From positions 1 through 64,000 of the forward strand of contig JAYPQH010000001.1 in NCBI GenBank assembly GCA_038131935.1: 64,000 nucleotides of DNA, in the 5' to 3' direction. Shown one piece after another: positions 53,221 to 63,136 of the stretch. The notes under the pieces are model-generated. The model was not told the DNA's origin and made no database searches. It was given only the letters and a program-made list of their open reading frames with translations. The translations under genes were made by a program, and so were the position numbers. How positions within the stretch are numbered: the stretch's first letter is position 1; each line of letters begins with the position of its first letter. This DNA comes from Alphaproteobacteria bacterium. Lineage in GTDB: Bacteria; Pseudomonadota; Alphaproteobacteria; UBA8317.

Positions 53221-53741
53221 CTTTTTACCACCCACATGAGATTTTATTGCCACACTGAACATTCGGGCATCTTTGTTCAGGAGATGGCGACCTTTGCTGT
53301 GAAGCAGTCTTATAGTTGGCGCATGAAGGTGAGGGAATTCAAAGGGTGTAGTTTTAAGGTTCGCGAGCCGTTATCGCCACAAACAACGTTCACACCGGCA
53401 GGATGAAAACCAAGGTGCTTTTTTTGGACAGGTACATTGATGCTTTGAACAACCCGGGGCGATTGAAGGCAATAAGGCCTGCTTCCTCAATAGGAAGCTC
53501 AAAGCATCCTTGCGGTAAGCGCTAACCAACATAACTGCCAGCTTGGAAATGCAGTCTCATTTTACCCGAAAATATTTAAAATATGTTTTCAAATAAGGCT
53601 TCTGGCCCAAAATGTTCACCCCATAAAACCACCAACTTATGGCGCAATTTTGGGGTTATAAAATGAGGCTATATTGTGAATTGCTATTAAAACCAATCAA
53701 ACATGTCATGAAATTCAAAGAGAACCGGCTACAAATTTTGC

Positions 53742-53770
53742 TTGACGATTAAAATTTTCAATCCTCTAAT
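53742..53770 (+). promoter_or_regulatory. Sigma70-type promoter of the ABC importer operon with a dyad in the spacer
   Basis: TTGACG-N17-TCTAAT in an AT-rich leader; spacer contains GATTAAAATTTTCAATC. Confidence 0.55.
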
Positions 53771-53870
53771 ACCAACAAGGACAACAAATATACATGCGTC
53801 CTAAATAAAATACGTTCTTAAAAAACGCATAAAAAACATAACAGAGCAAATTACAAACAAGGGGGAAACT

Positions 53871-55178
53871 ATGTCACGAAGAAGGACTTTGAAGGCTAAA
53901 TTAAGTTTATTAGCTATTGCGTCCTGCACAGCTTTGGGGATTGCAGGTTCATCAGTAGCAGCTGACCCTATCCGTATTGGGGTTATATTTGATTACACTG
54001 GGCCACTCGCGGCTGGGGGATCAACAGCAGCAGGAATTGGTACAGAGATCGCTTTTGAAATGATCAATGAACGCGGTGGCGTGGAAGGTCGAAAACTCGA
54101 GCCTATCATCGCCGATGCCCAGTCAAAAGCTGACGTAGCGATCAGTGAAGCGACCCGCTTACTTGATCAAGAGAAGGTGGATTTTATGATGGGCTTCTAT
54201 TCTTCCGGACAATGCGTACCGGTGGCCCAGAAAATTGACCAACAGAAAAAGTTCATGTGGGCCAATGTTTGTGTTTCATCAGCAGTTTTTAAAGACCGCA
54301 ACTTAAAATATGTTTTCCGCGCGCAAGTACATTCTGATCAATCTGGAGCTGCGTCATGCTCATTTGTTGCAGAAAATTCAAAGAAACTTTTTGGCATGGA
54401 TGCCAAAGATGTCAGAATTGCGATCCTTAATGAAGATGGACCTTATGGATCAGGAACTGCGGCAGGGAATGAAGAGGCTTGCACCAAGGAAGGCATGAAA
54501 ATTGTTCTGAAAGAAAGTTATGCCCGAACCGCTCCAGATCTGTCGTCAGTGGTGACCAAGATGCGGCGCGCCAAGCCTGATGTGATTCTACATACTGGTT
54601 ACAACCCAGATATCACACTGTTTTTGCGCCAGGCCAAGGAGCAAGGCTTGAAGTGGAAGGCCCTTATCGGACATGGTGCTGGCTACGGTCAGATCGATAA
54701 ATTGCGTGCAACTTTTGGAAGCGATGCAGAATATCTGTTGAATGTTGACCCGGTTGCAGCCCAATTGCTTGATCCTTCTAAACTGGCACCAGGCTTGGGT
54801 GATATCACAGCGGAAATGGTCAAGCGCTACAAGGCACGCACTGGGGTTACAGAAGTTCCGCCACATACCTCCATGGGCTTTAACCAATCTTGGATATTGT
54901 TTACCGACGTATTGCCTCGGGCCATCAAGAAATACGGCGGGGTGTCTGCTGAAGCTTTGCGCAAGGCTGCACTTGATACCGATATCCCTGCTGGAGGCAC
55001 CATCCAAGGCTATGGCGTGAAGTTTTTTGGACCAGGCACCAAAATGGCGGGCCAGAATGAGCGTTCAAGCCCTGTAGTTATGCAGTATACACCAGACGGT
55101 ACCAAGATTGTGTGGCCAACAGTCATACAAACGGCTTCGCCCGCGCCTCTTCCTGCTGGTAATTCATATCGTCGCTAA
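53871..55178 (+). CDS. Liv/HAAT-family ABC transporter substrate-binding protein
   Basis: Signal peptide (SRRRTLK, possibly Tat), IRIGVIFDYTGPLA, INERGGVEGRK, EDGPYG. Confidence 0.92.
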   Translation: MSRRRTLKAKLSLLAIASCTALGIAGSSVAADPIRIGVIFDYTGPLAAGGSTAAGIGTEIAFEMINERGGVEGRKLEPIIADAQSKADVAISEATRLLDQEKVDFMMGFYSSGQCVPVAQKIDQQKKFMWANVCVSSAVFKDRNLKYVFRAQVHSDQSGAASCSFVAENSKKLFGMDAKDVRIAILNEDGPYGSGTAAGNEEACTKEGMKIVLKESYARTAPDLSSVVTKMRRAKPDVILHTGYNPDITLFLRQAKEQGLKWKALIGHGAGYGQIDKLRATFGSDAEYLLNVDPVAAQLLDPSKLAPGLGDITAEMVKRYKARTGVTEVPPHTSMGFNQSWILFTDVLPRAIKKYGGVSAEALRKAALDTDIPAGGTIQGYGVKFFGPGTKMAGQNERSSPVVMQYTPDGTKIVWPTVIQTASPAPLPAGNSYRR

Positions 55179-55216
55179 GATGAATAATTGGCATCAATTG
55201 TTCTGGAGCTCAGGTT

Positions 55217-55993
55217 ATGTCAAAATTACTTGAGGTCCAGAACCTCACAAAAAAATTTGGTGGCTTTACCGCTGTTGACCAGGTTTCTTTTTCCGTTGAC
55301 CAAGGAGAGATCCTAGGTTTGATTGGCCCTAATGGATCTGGGAAGAGTACCACTTTTAACCTCATTGCAGGCAACTTAGCTCCATCCTCTGGCAGCATCA
55401 TCTTTCAAGGGCAAGCCACCTCTGGCTTGCACCCATCACAAATTTGTCGTCTGGGTATTGCCAGGACTTTTCAAATTCCTAGACCATTTCGAAGGATGTC
55501 CATTTTTGAAAATGTTACGTTAGCTGCCTATTATGGAGCTTCTACGCCCATTGACAAACGAGAGGCAGAAGGTCGTGCGCGTGATGCCCTAGATCTCGCA
55601 CAATTACCTATTGAAGGGGCTAATACCATTGATGGCTTGGGGGCCGCAGGCTTGAAAAAACTTGAAGTTGCCAGGGCATTGGCGACGAATCCAGTGTTGC
55701 TATTGGCCGATGAGAGCCTCGGTGGGCTGGATGAAAATGAGATGAACCAGGCAGCCGACATGCTTCAAACCATCCGTAAAGAGCGTGGGATTACGATCAT
55801 TTGGGTAGAACATATCATGGGTGTCTTAATGCGTGTGGTGGATCGCTGTATCGTGTTGGACCACGGAGAGGTTATCGCACAGGGTCTTCCTCAGGATGTC
55901 GCTCACTCTGAGCGGGTCGTCGAAGTTTATTTAGGTACAGATGCTCATGCTGTTCAACATCAGGTGGCAGGTCGTTCACAGGAGGCTCATTGA
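55217..55993 (+). CDS. ABC ATPase, LivG-like
   Basis: GLIGPNGSGKST, GIARTFQ, LLLADE, VEH, VYLG. Confidence 0.93.
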   Translation: MSKLLEVQNLTKKFGGFTAVDQVSFSVDQGEILGLIGPNGSGKSTTFNLIAGNLAPSSGSIIFQGQATSGLHPSQICRLGIARTFQIPRPFRRMSIFENVTLAAYYGASTPIDKREAEGRARDALDLAQLPIEGANTIDGLGAAGLKKLEVARALATNPVLLLADESLGGLDENEMNQAADMLQTIRKERGITIIWVEHIMGVLMRVVDRCIVLDHGEVIAQGLPQDVAHSERVVEVYLGTDAHAVQHQVAGRSQEAH

Positions 55994-56697
55994 TGTTAGA
56001 ACTAAACAATGTATCGGCGGGCTACGGGGCATTTCAGGCAATCTTTAACGTGAGCCTTAAAGTTCATGCCGGCGAAGCCGTGGCCGTCATTGGCCCCAAT
56101 GGCGCAGGTAAGACTTCATTATTGCGGGTGATCTCCAAGATCATCAATCAAACATCTGGACAGATCTTGATGGAAGGGGTCTCTCTTGAAACTATTGAAG
56201 CCCATCAGGTGATAGATTTAGGAATTGCGCATGTCCCAGAGCATAGGCGGCTTTTTCCAGGTCTCACGGTAGAGGATAATCTCCGTATGGGAGCCTACAT
56301 GAAAACAGCGCGTCCCCATTTTGAGGAACGTTTACATTATGTCTATGAAATGTTTCCCCGCCTCAAAGAACGGCGCAAACAACTCGCTGGCACCATGTCA
56401 GGTGGCGAGCAGCAGATGTGCGCTATTGGACGAGGACTCATGTCCGGTCCCAAATTACTTCTGTTGGATGAACCATCAGCAGGACTTGCGCCTGTGATTG
56501 TCCAGCAGGTGTTGGATCTGGTGCAGAAAGTTCGGTCTGAGGGATACACGGTATTGATCGTTGAACAAAACATTCAACAGGTTCTTAAATTCGTAGATCG
56601 CGCTTACTTGCTTGAGGTGGGACGGATACGTGCAGAGGGCACCGCACAAGAGTTGTTAAATAATGACGAAGTTCGGCAGGCATATGTTGGCATCTAG
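55993..56697 (+). CDS. ABC ATPase, LivF-like
   Basis: GPNGAGKT, MSGGEQQM, LLLDEPS, VEQN; TGATG overlap with the upstream gene. Confidence 0.94.
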   Translation: MLELNNVSAGYGAFQAIFNVSLKVHAGEAVAVIGPNGAGKTSLLRVISKIINQTSGQILMEGVSLETIEAHQVIDLGIAHVPEHRRLFPGLTVEDNLRMGAYMKTARPHFEERLHYVYEMFPRLKERRKQLAGTMSGGEQQMCAIGRGLMSGPKLLLLDEPSAGLAPVIVQQVLDLVQKVRSEGYTVLIVEQNIQQVLKFVDRAYLLEVGRIRAEGTAQELLNNDEVRQAYVGI

Positions 56698-56708
56698 GGG
56701 GTTTTAAG

Positions 56709-57583
56709 ATGGAATTTTCATTAAGTGATCCCTTTCTTTGGGAAACTGTGGTGCAGGGCTTACTATTTGGGGGTGTCCTTGCTCTCCTATCACTGGGACT
56801 AAACCTTATCTTTGGCGTTATCGACGTGGTGTGGATTTGCTATGCAGAATTGATGATGGTGGGGATGTACCTCATTTGGTGGTCCCATGTTGAAATGGGA
56901 CTTCCTCTGCCCCTTGCCTTTTTACTCGGCATCCTGTCGGTTGCAGTCATGGGCGTGGTGCTACATGTTACGGTAATCAAGCCAATTTTACATGCAGAAC
57001 CAATCAATCAGCTGCTTGTAACTGGGGGGGTACTGTTCTTTTTACAAGGACTTGCAACACTGATTTTTTCAGTACAATTTCGCAACCTTGGCGTTTTATG
57101 GGCAGCCTAGAAGTTGGTGAAATGTTCCTACCATGGAACAGAATCATCGCTTTTCTCGTTTCATTGGCTGCCATGGCAGGCCTTTATGTTTTCTTGCGAA
57201 AAACCTATCTTGGCATTGCCATAAGAGCTATTAGCCAAGATCGAACTGTGATGCCACTTCTAGGCGTGAGTCCAGATCGTATTTATTTGATCACCTCAGC
57301 AATAGGTGGAGGCTTAGCAGGACTTGGCGCATGTCTTTTGGCCCTATTATACGACATCCATCCAGCAATTGGGCTGAGTTTTGGACCTCTTACCTTCATG
57401 ATCTGCGTGATGGGTGGTCTGGGTAATATCATCGGTGGGTTTGTAGCAGCCTTTATATTCGCAGAATTTATTGCTTTGGGTGGTTATTACACAGAAGTTG
57501 AGTGGGGTTATGTTATCTCATTTGCATTTTTCATTGTTATGATCTTCCTGCGACCGCAGGGACTCTTTGCGAAGCGAGGGTAA
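56709..57583 (+). CDS. ABC permease, LivH-like (frameshift at T-run 57093-57097)
   Basis: LSLGLNLIFGV, T.LG.AIRAISQD, VMGGLGN, RPQGLF; one added base gives NLGVFMGSLEV. Confidence 0.9.
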
Positions 57584-57586
57584 GAA

Positions 57587-58570
57587 ATGGCTCTGAATAA
57601 CTCCCAAATTTTGGCCTTTATAGCCCTTGGCTTGTTAGCTGTATTCCCAGTGGCGGGATTTAATGATTATGTTTTGCACATAGCAATTTCTATCCTTCTT
57701 TGGGGTTTTATTTACACCGGTTGGTCCTTGATGGGACGTTTTGGCTTAACCTCTTTGGGGCATGGGGCCCTGGTGGGTATTGGAGCCTATGTGACCACAA
57801 TGTTGTGGAATCATATGAATATAACCCCATGGATTGGTCTTCCCATTTCAGTGATACTGTCGGTTGTTGTAGCTGTGGCCATTGGTTATCCCTGTTTTCG
57901 GCTTAAGATTACAGGACATTACTTTGCATTGGTTACGCTTGCTTTGGGTGAAGTGGCCTTGTTGCTCATTGTGGCTCTACGTCATTACACCGGAGGCTCG
58001 CTTGGGGTGACGCCCAATGGCGCTATTCCAGAGGGATCAACCTATTCCCTTTATGCCATGCAATTCACAGATAAGGTGACCTGGTTCTATATTGCTCTTA
58101 TGGTATGGCTATTGGGTCTTTATGTGTGGCGACAAATTGATAGATCAATGATGCGCTACGCATTAGAAGCAGCTAATGAGGAGGAAGATGCGGCTGCCTC
58201 TATTGGCATACCTGTGACCAAAACCAAACTTATTGTTACAGCGATTTCTGCAGTTTTTGCCGCTGTAGGTGGCTGCCTATATGGTCAGTATCAGCTTTAT
58301 GTAAACCCTCATACAGTATCCGGGATTGCCGTCTCCTTGAACATTGTATTTGCCGTGATTGCCGGGGGTATGAGGGTACCGTTGGGACCGACAATAGGTG
58401 CCGCATTTACCCTTCTACTTGCTGAGATTTTACGCCAAAGTTTTGGCCATGAAATTCATGGGTTGGATGTGATCATATATGGCCTCATGTTGGTCTTTTT
58501 CATCATCTACATGCCCCAAGGCCTTGGTGGGGGATTGAATGATTTGCTAAAAAAACGCGGTTGGATTTAG
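57587..58570 (+). CDS. ABC permease, LivM-like
   Basis: SLGHGAL.GIGAY, GHYFALVTLA, AAASIGI, PQGL. Confidence 0.92.
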   Translation: MALNNSQILAFIALGLLAVFPVAGFNDYVLHIAISILLWGFIYTGWSLMGRFGLTSLGHGALVGIGAYVTTMLWNHMNITPWIGLPISVILSVVVAVAIGYPCFRLKITGHYFALVTLALGEVALLLIVALRHYTGGSLGVTPNGAIPEGSTYSLYAMQFTDKVTWFYIALMVWLLGLYVWRQIDRSMMRYALEAANEEEDAAASIGIPVTKTKLIVTAISAVFAAVGGCLYGQYQLYVNPHTVSGIAVSLNIVFAVIAGGMRVPLGPTIGAAFTLLLAEILRQSFGHEIHGLDVIIYGLMLVFFIIYMPQGLGGGLNDLLKKRGWI

Positions 58571-58611
58571 ACGACCATTGTAGATTTTCGACAGGGCAAC
58601 AACAGATCTAT

Positions 58612-59361
58612 TTACCCTGTCGAGACAAGTTCGCAACTGACATTGCGGCAGTCCATTTCGAACTCAAGGCCATTAACTGGTGGATGAGCAAGGTGCCAGG
58701 TTAGGCCCTGTTTGCGCGCCCTCTGCATGTCAGGTTCATTATTGAATACGTGATAAGGATCATGGACTGTATACATTTGTGCCGTGACCACGCGGTCCCA
58801 AGCCTGACCAAGTCCATGTAACCGCGCTGCCATGACATCAAGAACAAATCTAGCTTTTTGTGCGATGGCATCTGGATCGGTTCGTCCTGGACAAATAGCA
58901 TTTCCAGCATAGTCTCCGGTACCCTCAGGGGCTTCCCCACTGCCAGCCACCACAAAGTCACCTCCTATGGCATTTGGTTTTGGTACCGCGTAGGTGAAGG
59001 CATAAAAGGATGGGCTTTTGGGTGGGTTATCAATAGGACATACATTTGACCGCGCGATAGGGTTATCGTCACCTTTCATTACCCCCATTCTCTTAAAACA
59101 TCTGCATATAACTTTATTGAAGTCATAAAACCCAACTTCACTAAATGGTTTGGGTGAGCGCATTTCACAGGCACAAAAAGCTGTAAGGGGTAAGCCCAAA
59201 CCTTTGAGATGATCCTGAATATGTGCAAAGCCTTGTTCCATAGGAAGACAATCTAGAAATTGAACCCTTACCAATTCATATCCTGGCATACTCACCACAC
59301 CAGCAGAATATTGCATCACACCTGGTAGGTAGGCATAGCCATGGGTTGTCTCCCGTTTCAT
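58612..59361 (-). CDS. CnbZ-like protein (2-amino-5-chloromuconate deaminase family)
   Basis: GAGGAG RBS, start MKRETT; YLPGVMQYSAGV, AFCACEMRSP.PF, NPIARSNVCP, FVVAGSGE, PPV.GLEFEMDCR, recognised from memory as CnbZ-family motifs. Confidence 0.72.
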   Translation of the reverse strand: MKRETTHGYAYLPGVMQYSAGVVSMPGYELVRVQFLDCLPMEQGFAHIQDHLKGLGLPLTAFCACEMRSPKPFSEVGFYDFNKVICRCFKRMGVMKGDDNPIARSNVCPIDNPPKSPSFYAFTYAVPKPNAIGGDFVVAGSGEAPEGTGDYAGNAICPGRTDPDAIAQKARFVLDVMAARLHGLGQAWDRVVTAQMYTVHDPYHVFNNEPDMQRARKQGLTWHLAHPPVNGLEFEMDCRNVSCELVSTG

Positions 59362-59444
59362 CAGTTTCTCCTCATCACGCGAACAATCAATCGAATAAAT
59401 GCTATCGCGATAAAACGTATTTGTGCAAACAATTACCAAACCTT

Positions 59445-59460
59445 AACTTGTTGACAAGTT
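59445..59460. promoter_or_regulatory. Palindromic operator candidate between the divergent cnbZ-like and lactonase genes
   Basis: AACTTGT-TG-ACAAGTT (7-bp perfect arms), overlapping a TTGACA hexamer; resembles GntR/FadR-VanR-type boxes. Confidence 0.5.
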
Positions 59461-59549
59461 GGCAAATAGGAAATGCATTTGAAGATCATTATTATAGTCT
59501 AACAAAAACCAAACGAAACTGTATGACCATATGGAGGGTTACCCACAGC

Positions 59550-60431
59550 ATGAACGATGAGCATAATACAGCACCTATAACTTGGCATCCATCACCCTCC
59601 AAACCACGTATCACACTGCCAGCTGGCGCCACGGATACCCATGTCCATGTTTTTGGCCCTACCAGAAAATTCCCTTATGACAAAAACAGTAGCTTTCACC
59701 CAGGTGATGCCCCAAAAGAACAGCTGTTTACATTACACCAAATGTTGGGAATTGAATATTGCGTCATTGTGCAGTCTGGGTGCCACGGGTATGACAACTC
59801 AGTGGTCGCAGATGCCATGGCAGCAAAACCTGGTCGCTATTTGGGCATTGCACTATTGCCGCCAGATGTTGAAACGCAGACATTGAAAGCCATGCATAGA
59901 AGCGGATTTAGAGGCGTGCGCTTTAATTACATGTCACATCTTGCACCTGGCGCTACGGTTGAGGAATTGCGCACACTTGCTCCAAGACTGGCCGACCTTG
60001 GCTGGCAGCTTGTAATCCATATGGAAGATAAGTTGATTGGTGATATGGCCGGTATACTTGCTGATCTTCCTGTGAAGGTGGTGATTGATCATATGGGACG
60101 CATTGATGCTACCGGTGGAATGGAGCAAAAGCCATTTCAGCAGCTATTAAAGCTTTTAGATCACAAACATATTTGGGTTAAGGTTTCTGGGAGTGAACGA
60201 TCTTCTCGGCAAGATCCACCCTTTGCTGATGCGATACCCTTTGCACGCAAGCTTGTGGAAAGCTTTCCTGATCACGTTATTTGGGGCACAGATTGGCCAC
60301 ATCCCAATTTTAGAGCAGCCCCCCCAGATGATGGCATGCTTGTTGATCTACTTGAACAAATTGCTCCTGATCAAAAGTCATTGTATCGTCTCTTGGTGCA
60401 TAACCCTCATCAATTGTATGATTTTCAATAA
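59550..60431 (+). CDS. Amidohydrolase_2 family, LigI (2-pyrone-4,6-dicarboxylate lactonase)-like
   Basis: DTHVHVFGP, RGVRFN, DHMGR, WVKVSG.ER, WGTDWPHPN. Confidence 0.85.
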   Translation: MNDEHNTAPITWHPSPSKPRITLPAGATDTHVHVFGPTRKFPYDKNSSFHPGDAPKEQLFTLHQMLGIEYCVIVQSGCHGYDNSVVADAMAAKPGRYLGIALLPPDVETQTLKAMHRSGFRGVRFNYMSHLAPGATVEELRTLAPRLADLGWQLVIHMEDKLIGDMAGILADLPVKVVIDHMGRIDATGGMEQKPFQQLLKLLDHKHIWVKVSGSERSSRQDPPFADAIPFARKLVESFPDHVIWGTDWPHPNFRAAPPDDGMLVDLLEQIAPDQKSLYRLLVHNPHQLYDFQ

Positions 60432-60442
60432 GGTTTCATATT

Positions 60443-61243
60443 ATGCCTGGTCGTCTTGAAGGAAAAATTGCCATTGTAACGGGCGCTGGTTGTGTTGGCC
60501 CTGGCTGGGGCAACGGACGCGCGACATGTGTTCGCTTTGCTGAAGAGGGAGCAACCGTCTTTGCTGTCGATATAGATCTTCAAAGCATGGAAGAGACAAT
60601 CCAACGGACAAAGGCTACGGCAGGTTTTATCAAACCTTACCAATGCAATGTCATGCAGCAAGAATCTGTTGAAAATATGGTTGAAGCATGTTTGGCGGAA
60701 TTTGGTACCATTGATATTCTTGTGAACAATGTTGGTGGCTCAGCGAAGGGCGGCCCGGTGGATATGCCTGAAGAGGTTTGGCAACAACAAATAGATTTTA
60801 ATTTAACATCAGTTTACCGCACTTGCCGCTCTGTTTTGCCTCATATGGTCAAATCTGGTGGCGGTGCAATCATTAACACTGCATCAGCCTCTGGCATCCG
60901 CTGGACTGGCTCTGCCCAATCCGCCTATGCCGCAACCAAAGCTGCCGTTATACAATTTGGCAAAGTGGTGGCAGTAGAATATGGCCCTCAAAATATTCGT
61001 GTGAATACCGTTGTGCCAGGTCAACTTCACACACCAATGGTGGAAGCAAGGCTTGCAGGACAACGCATGGGTGGTGACGTTGACGCCCTTCTGAATTCTC
61101 GCCTCAAACGTATACCATTAGGGTTTATGGGAGATGGCCGAGACACAGCCAATGCAGTGCTATTTTTGGCATCCGATGAAGCACGATTCATCACCGGAAC
61201 AGAAATTATTGTCGATGGTGGCATGACAGCCCGATGCGATTAA
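60443..61243 (+). CDS. Short-chain dehydrogenase/reductase
   Basis: TGAGCVGPGWGNG, NNVG, YAATK, IRVN.VVPG, VDGG. Confidence 0.95.
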   Translation: MPGRLEGKIAIVTGAGCVGPGWGNGRATCVRFAEEGATVFAVDIDLQSMEETIQRTKATAGFIKPYQCNVMQQESVENMVEACLAEFGTIDILVNNVGGSAKGGPVDMPEEVWQQQIDFNLTSVYRTCRSVLPHMVKSGGGAIINTASASGIRWTGSAQSAYAATKAAVIQFGKVVAVEYGPQNIRVNTVVPGQLHTPMVEARLAGQRMGGDVDALLNSRLKRIPLGFMGDGRDTANAVLFLASDEARFITGTEIIVDGGMTARCD

Positions 61244-61352
61244 ATGCCAATCATATCATCTGAGCAACGTTGTTTGATCTAAAATAAACTGCCAGTATAA
61301 AATTGCTCAGCAACTTATACGTTACAGTTCGATCATCATATGAAAGATAACC

Positions 61353-61547
61353 ATGCTTAAAAAATTTGTAGAAAATAGAATGCTCAGAATGGCTATTTCC
61401 ATCTCAATGATTATCACGGCAGGTTATGAAGTTATCCATGAATTTGATGAAATAGGCGCACATCATGGCATCCTCATTTATGCCAGTATGGAGCTATTGA
61501 AGGCTATATCAGAGTCTTATGAAGCCGCAAAAATTGCAACAGAATGA
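61353..61547 (+). CDS. Small hypothetical membrane protein with GAHHG motif (64 aa)
   Basis: Two hydrophobic segments flanking EIGAHHG; candidate promoter TTGATC-N16-TATAAA at 61274-61301. Confidence 0.6.
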   Translation: MLKKFVENRMLRMAISISMIITAGYEVIHEFDEIGAHHGILIYASMELLKAISESYEAAKIATE

Positions 61548-61626
61548 TACAATCTCACCTTTGAATTTATCAATTGACAGTTGAGAGCTTTATCAACGGG
61601 CTTACCCATACAAAGGAGAATGAGAC

Positions 61627-63042
61627 ATGGCTTTATGGGAGAAAACAGCAACAGCTCTATCAGAAGACCTCCTCAAGGGTGAGATAACCCCCATCGATGT
61701 TCTCGAGACATGTGAACGTCGCATTGGGGAAACTGAACCTCACATTAATGCATTGCCAACGCTATGTTTTGAACGGGCGTATCAGCAAGCCAAGTCCTTG
61801 ATGAAAGACAAGACAAACTTCAGCAAACTTCCTCTTGCTGGTATACCCATTGCAATCAAGGATAATACCGAGGTTGCCGGCGTACGGACAACCTTTGGCT
61901 CACCAATCTTCAAAGATTTTGTTCCCAATCATTCTCACCCTCTTGTCACAAAATTGGAGAATGCTGGCGCCATTATTGTTGGCAAATCCAATTGCCCTGA
62001 ATTTGCAGCTGGTGGATCAACATTCAATGATGTTTTTGGCCGTACGGCTAACCCATGGAATACAAAACTAACCTCTGGAGGATCGACGGGTGGAGGTGCA
62101 GCTGCGCTGGCTGCTGGTTCACTTTGGCTTGCTCATGGAACAGATCATGCAGGTTCGTTGAGACGCCCTGCTACCTATTGCGGCGTGGTTGGCATGCGCC
62201 CATCCCCGGGCCTTGTCACACGAGGGGAAACATTTGGGCTTTATAGCCCCGTGAGTACCCACGGACCTATGGCCAGAAATGTTGAAGACATTGCTTTATT
62301 ATTGGACGCTATGGCTGGATTTTGCCCCTTTGATCCTATGACCTTTCCTTGTTCTGAGACCCTATTTCGCGAAGCTGTTCGCACACCAAGATTACCGTTA
62401 AGGGTAGCTTTCACCTCCAATTTTGGTGGCCTGGTTCCCATGGAAAGAGAAACCGAAGAAGCCGCCCGAAAGGCGCTTCATTTGCTAGAGGGCTTGGGTG
62501 TCGAGGTCGTCGAGGATGCACCCAACACAGATATGATGGATGATGTATTCATGATCCTCCGAGGCCAGGAATATGCACGCGATTTTTATGAATTGATCAA
62601 AAAACAACCTGAACAGTTAAAAGAAGATATCATTTGGAATACCAAACAAGGCCTGGCCGCATCAATTGACGATGTTGCAAAAGCTGAGCGCCGGAGGGCT
62701 TCTTTTTATCAAGAAACGGTCCGTTTTTTCCAAAATTATGACCTATTGATAACCCCAGGCGCCTCAACACCTGCGTTTCCTATTGAGCAAAAAATGCCCC
62801 AATCTATCGATGGCCTGCCACTTACGAACTATCTAGGTGCCTCCCTGATTACAGGCATTCCCACACATATGGGAATGCCTTGTCTCTCGTTACCCACAGG
62901 CTTAGACAAGTCTGGACGCCCCTTAGGCCTACAATTGATTGGAGGCCCCAGGGCGGATGCTGACCTTTTGCGTTTTGCCAAAGCCATGGAAATGGCATTT
63001 GGTTTTACAGGCATTCCTCGTCAACCCAACACCCCATCATAA
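61627..63042 (+). CDS. Amidase signature family protein
   Basis: AGGAG RBS; PIAIKD (catalytic Lys), GKSNCPEF, GGSTGG, GTDHAGSLRRPA. Confidence 0.94.
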   Translation: MALWEKTATALSEDLLKGEITPIDVLETCERRIGETEPHINALPTLCFERAYQQAKSLMKDKTNFSKLPLAGIPIAIKDNTEVAGVRTTFGSPIFKDFVPNHSHPLVTKLENAGAIIVGKSNCPEFAAGGSTFNDVFGRTANPWNTKLTSGGSTGGGAAALAAGSLWLAHGTDHAGSLRRPATYCGVVGMRPSPGLVTRGETFGLYSPVSTHGPMARNVEDIALLLDAMAGFCPFDPMTFPCSETLFREAVRTPRLPLRVAFTSNFGGLVPMERETEEAARKALHLLEGLGVEVVEDAPNTDMMDDVFMILRGQEYARDFYELIKKQPEQLKEDIIWNTKQGLAASIDDVAKAERRRASFYQETVRFFQNYDLLITPGASTPAFPIEQKMPQSIDGLPLTNYLGASLITGIPTHMGMPCLSLPTGLDKSGRPLGLQLIGGPRADADLLRFAKAMEMAFGFTGIPRQPNTPS

Positions 63043-63136
63043 AGCCTAAGATGCACGCGTGCATTGTTATTTTTTGGTTGCCTGATGACGAGGCTCGTAT
63101 AGGATTTAAGTGGGTTTCCATCCATGGGGGTACGTC

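Noticed and set aside
63051-63064. Perfect 14-bp palindrome ATGCACGCGTGCAT after the amidase
   Set aside because: Single occurrence; too weak as a hairpin terminator and unsupported as an operator.
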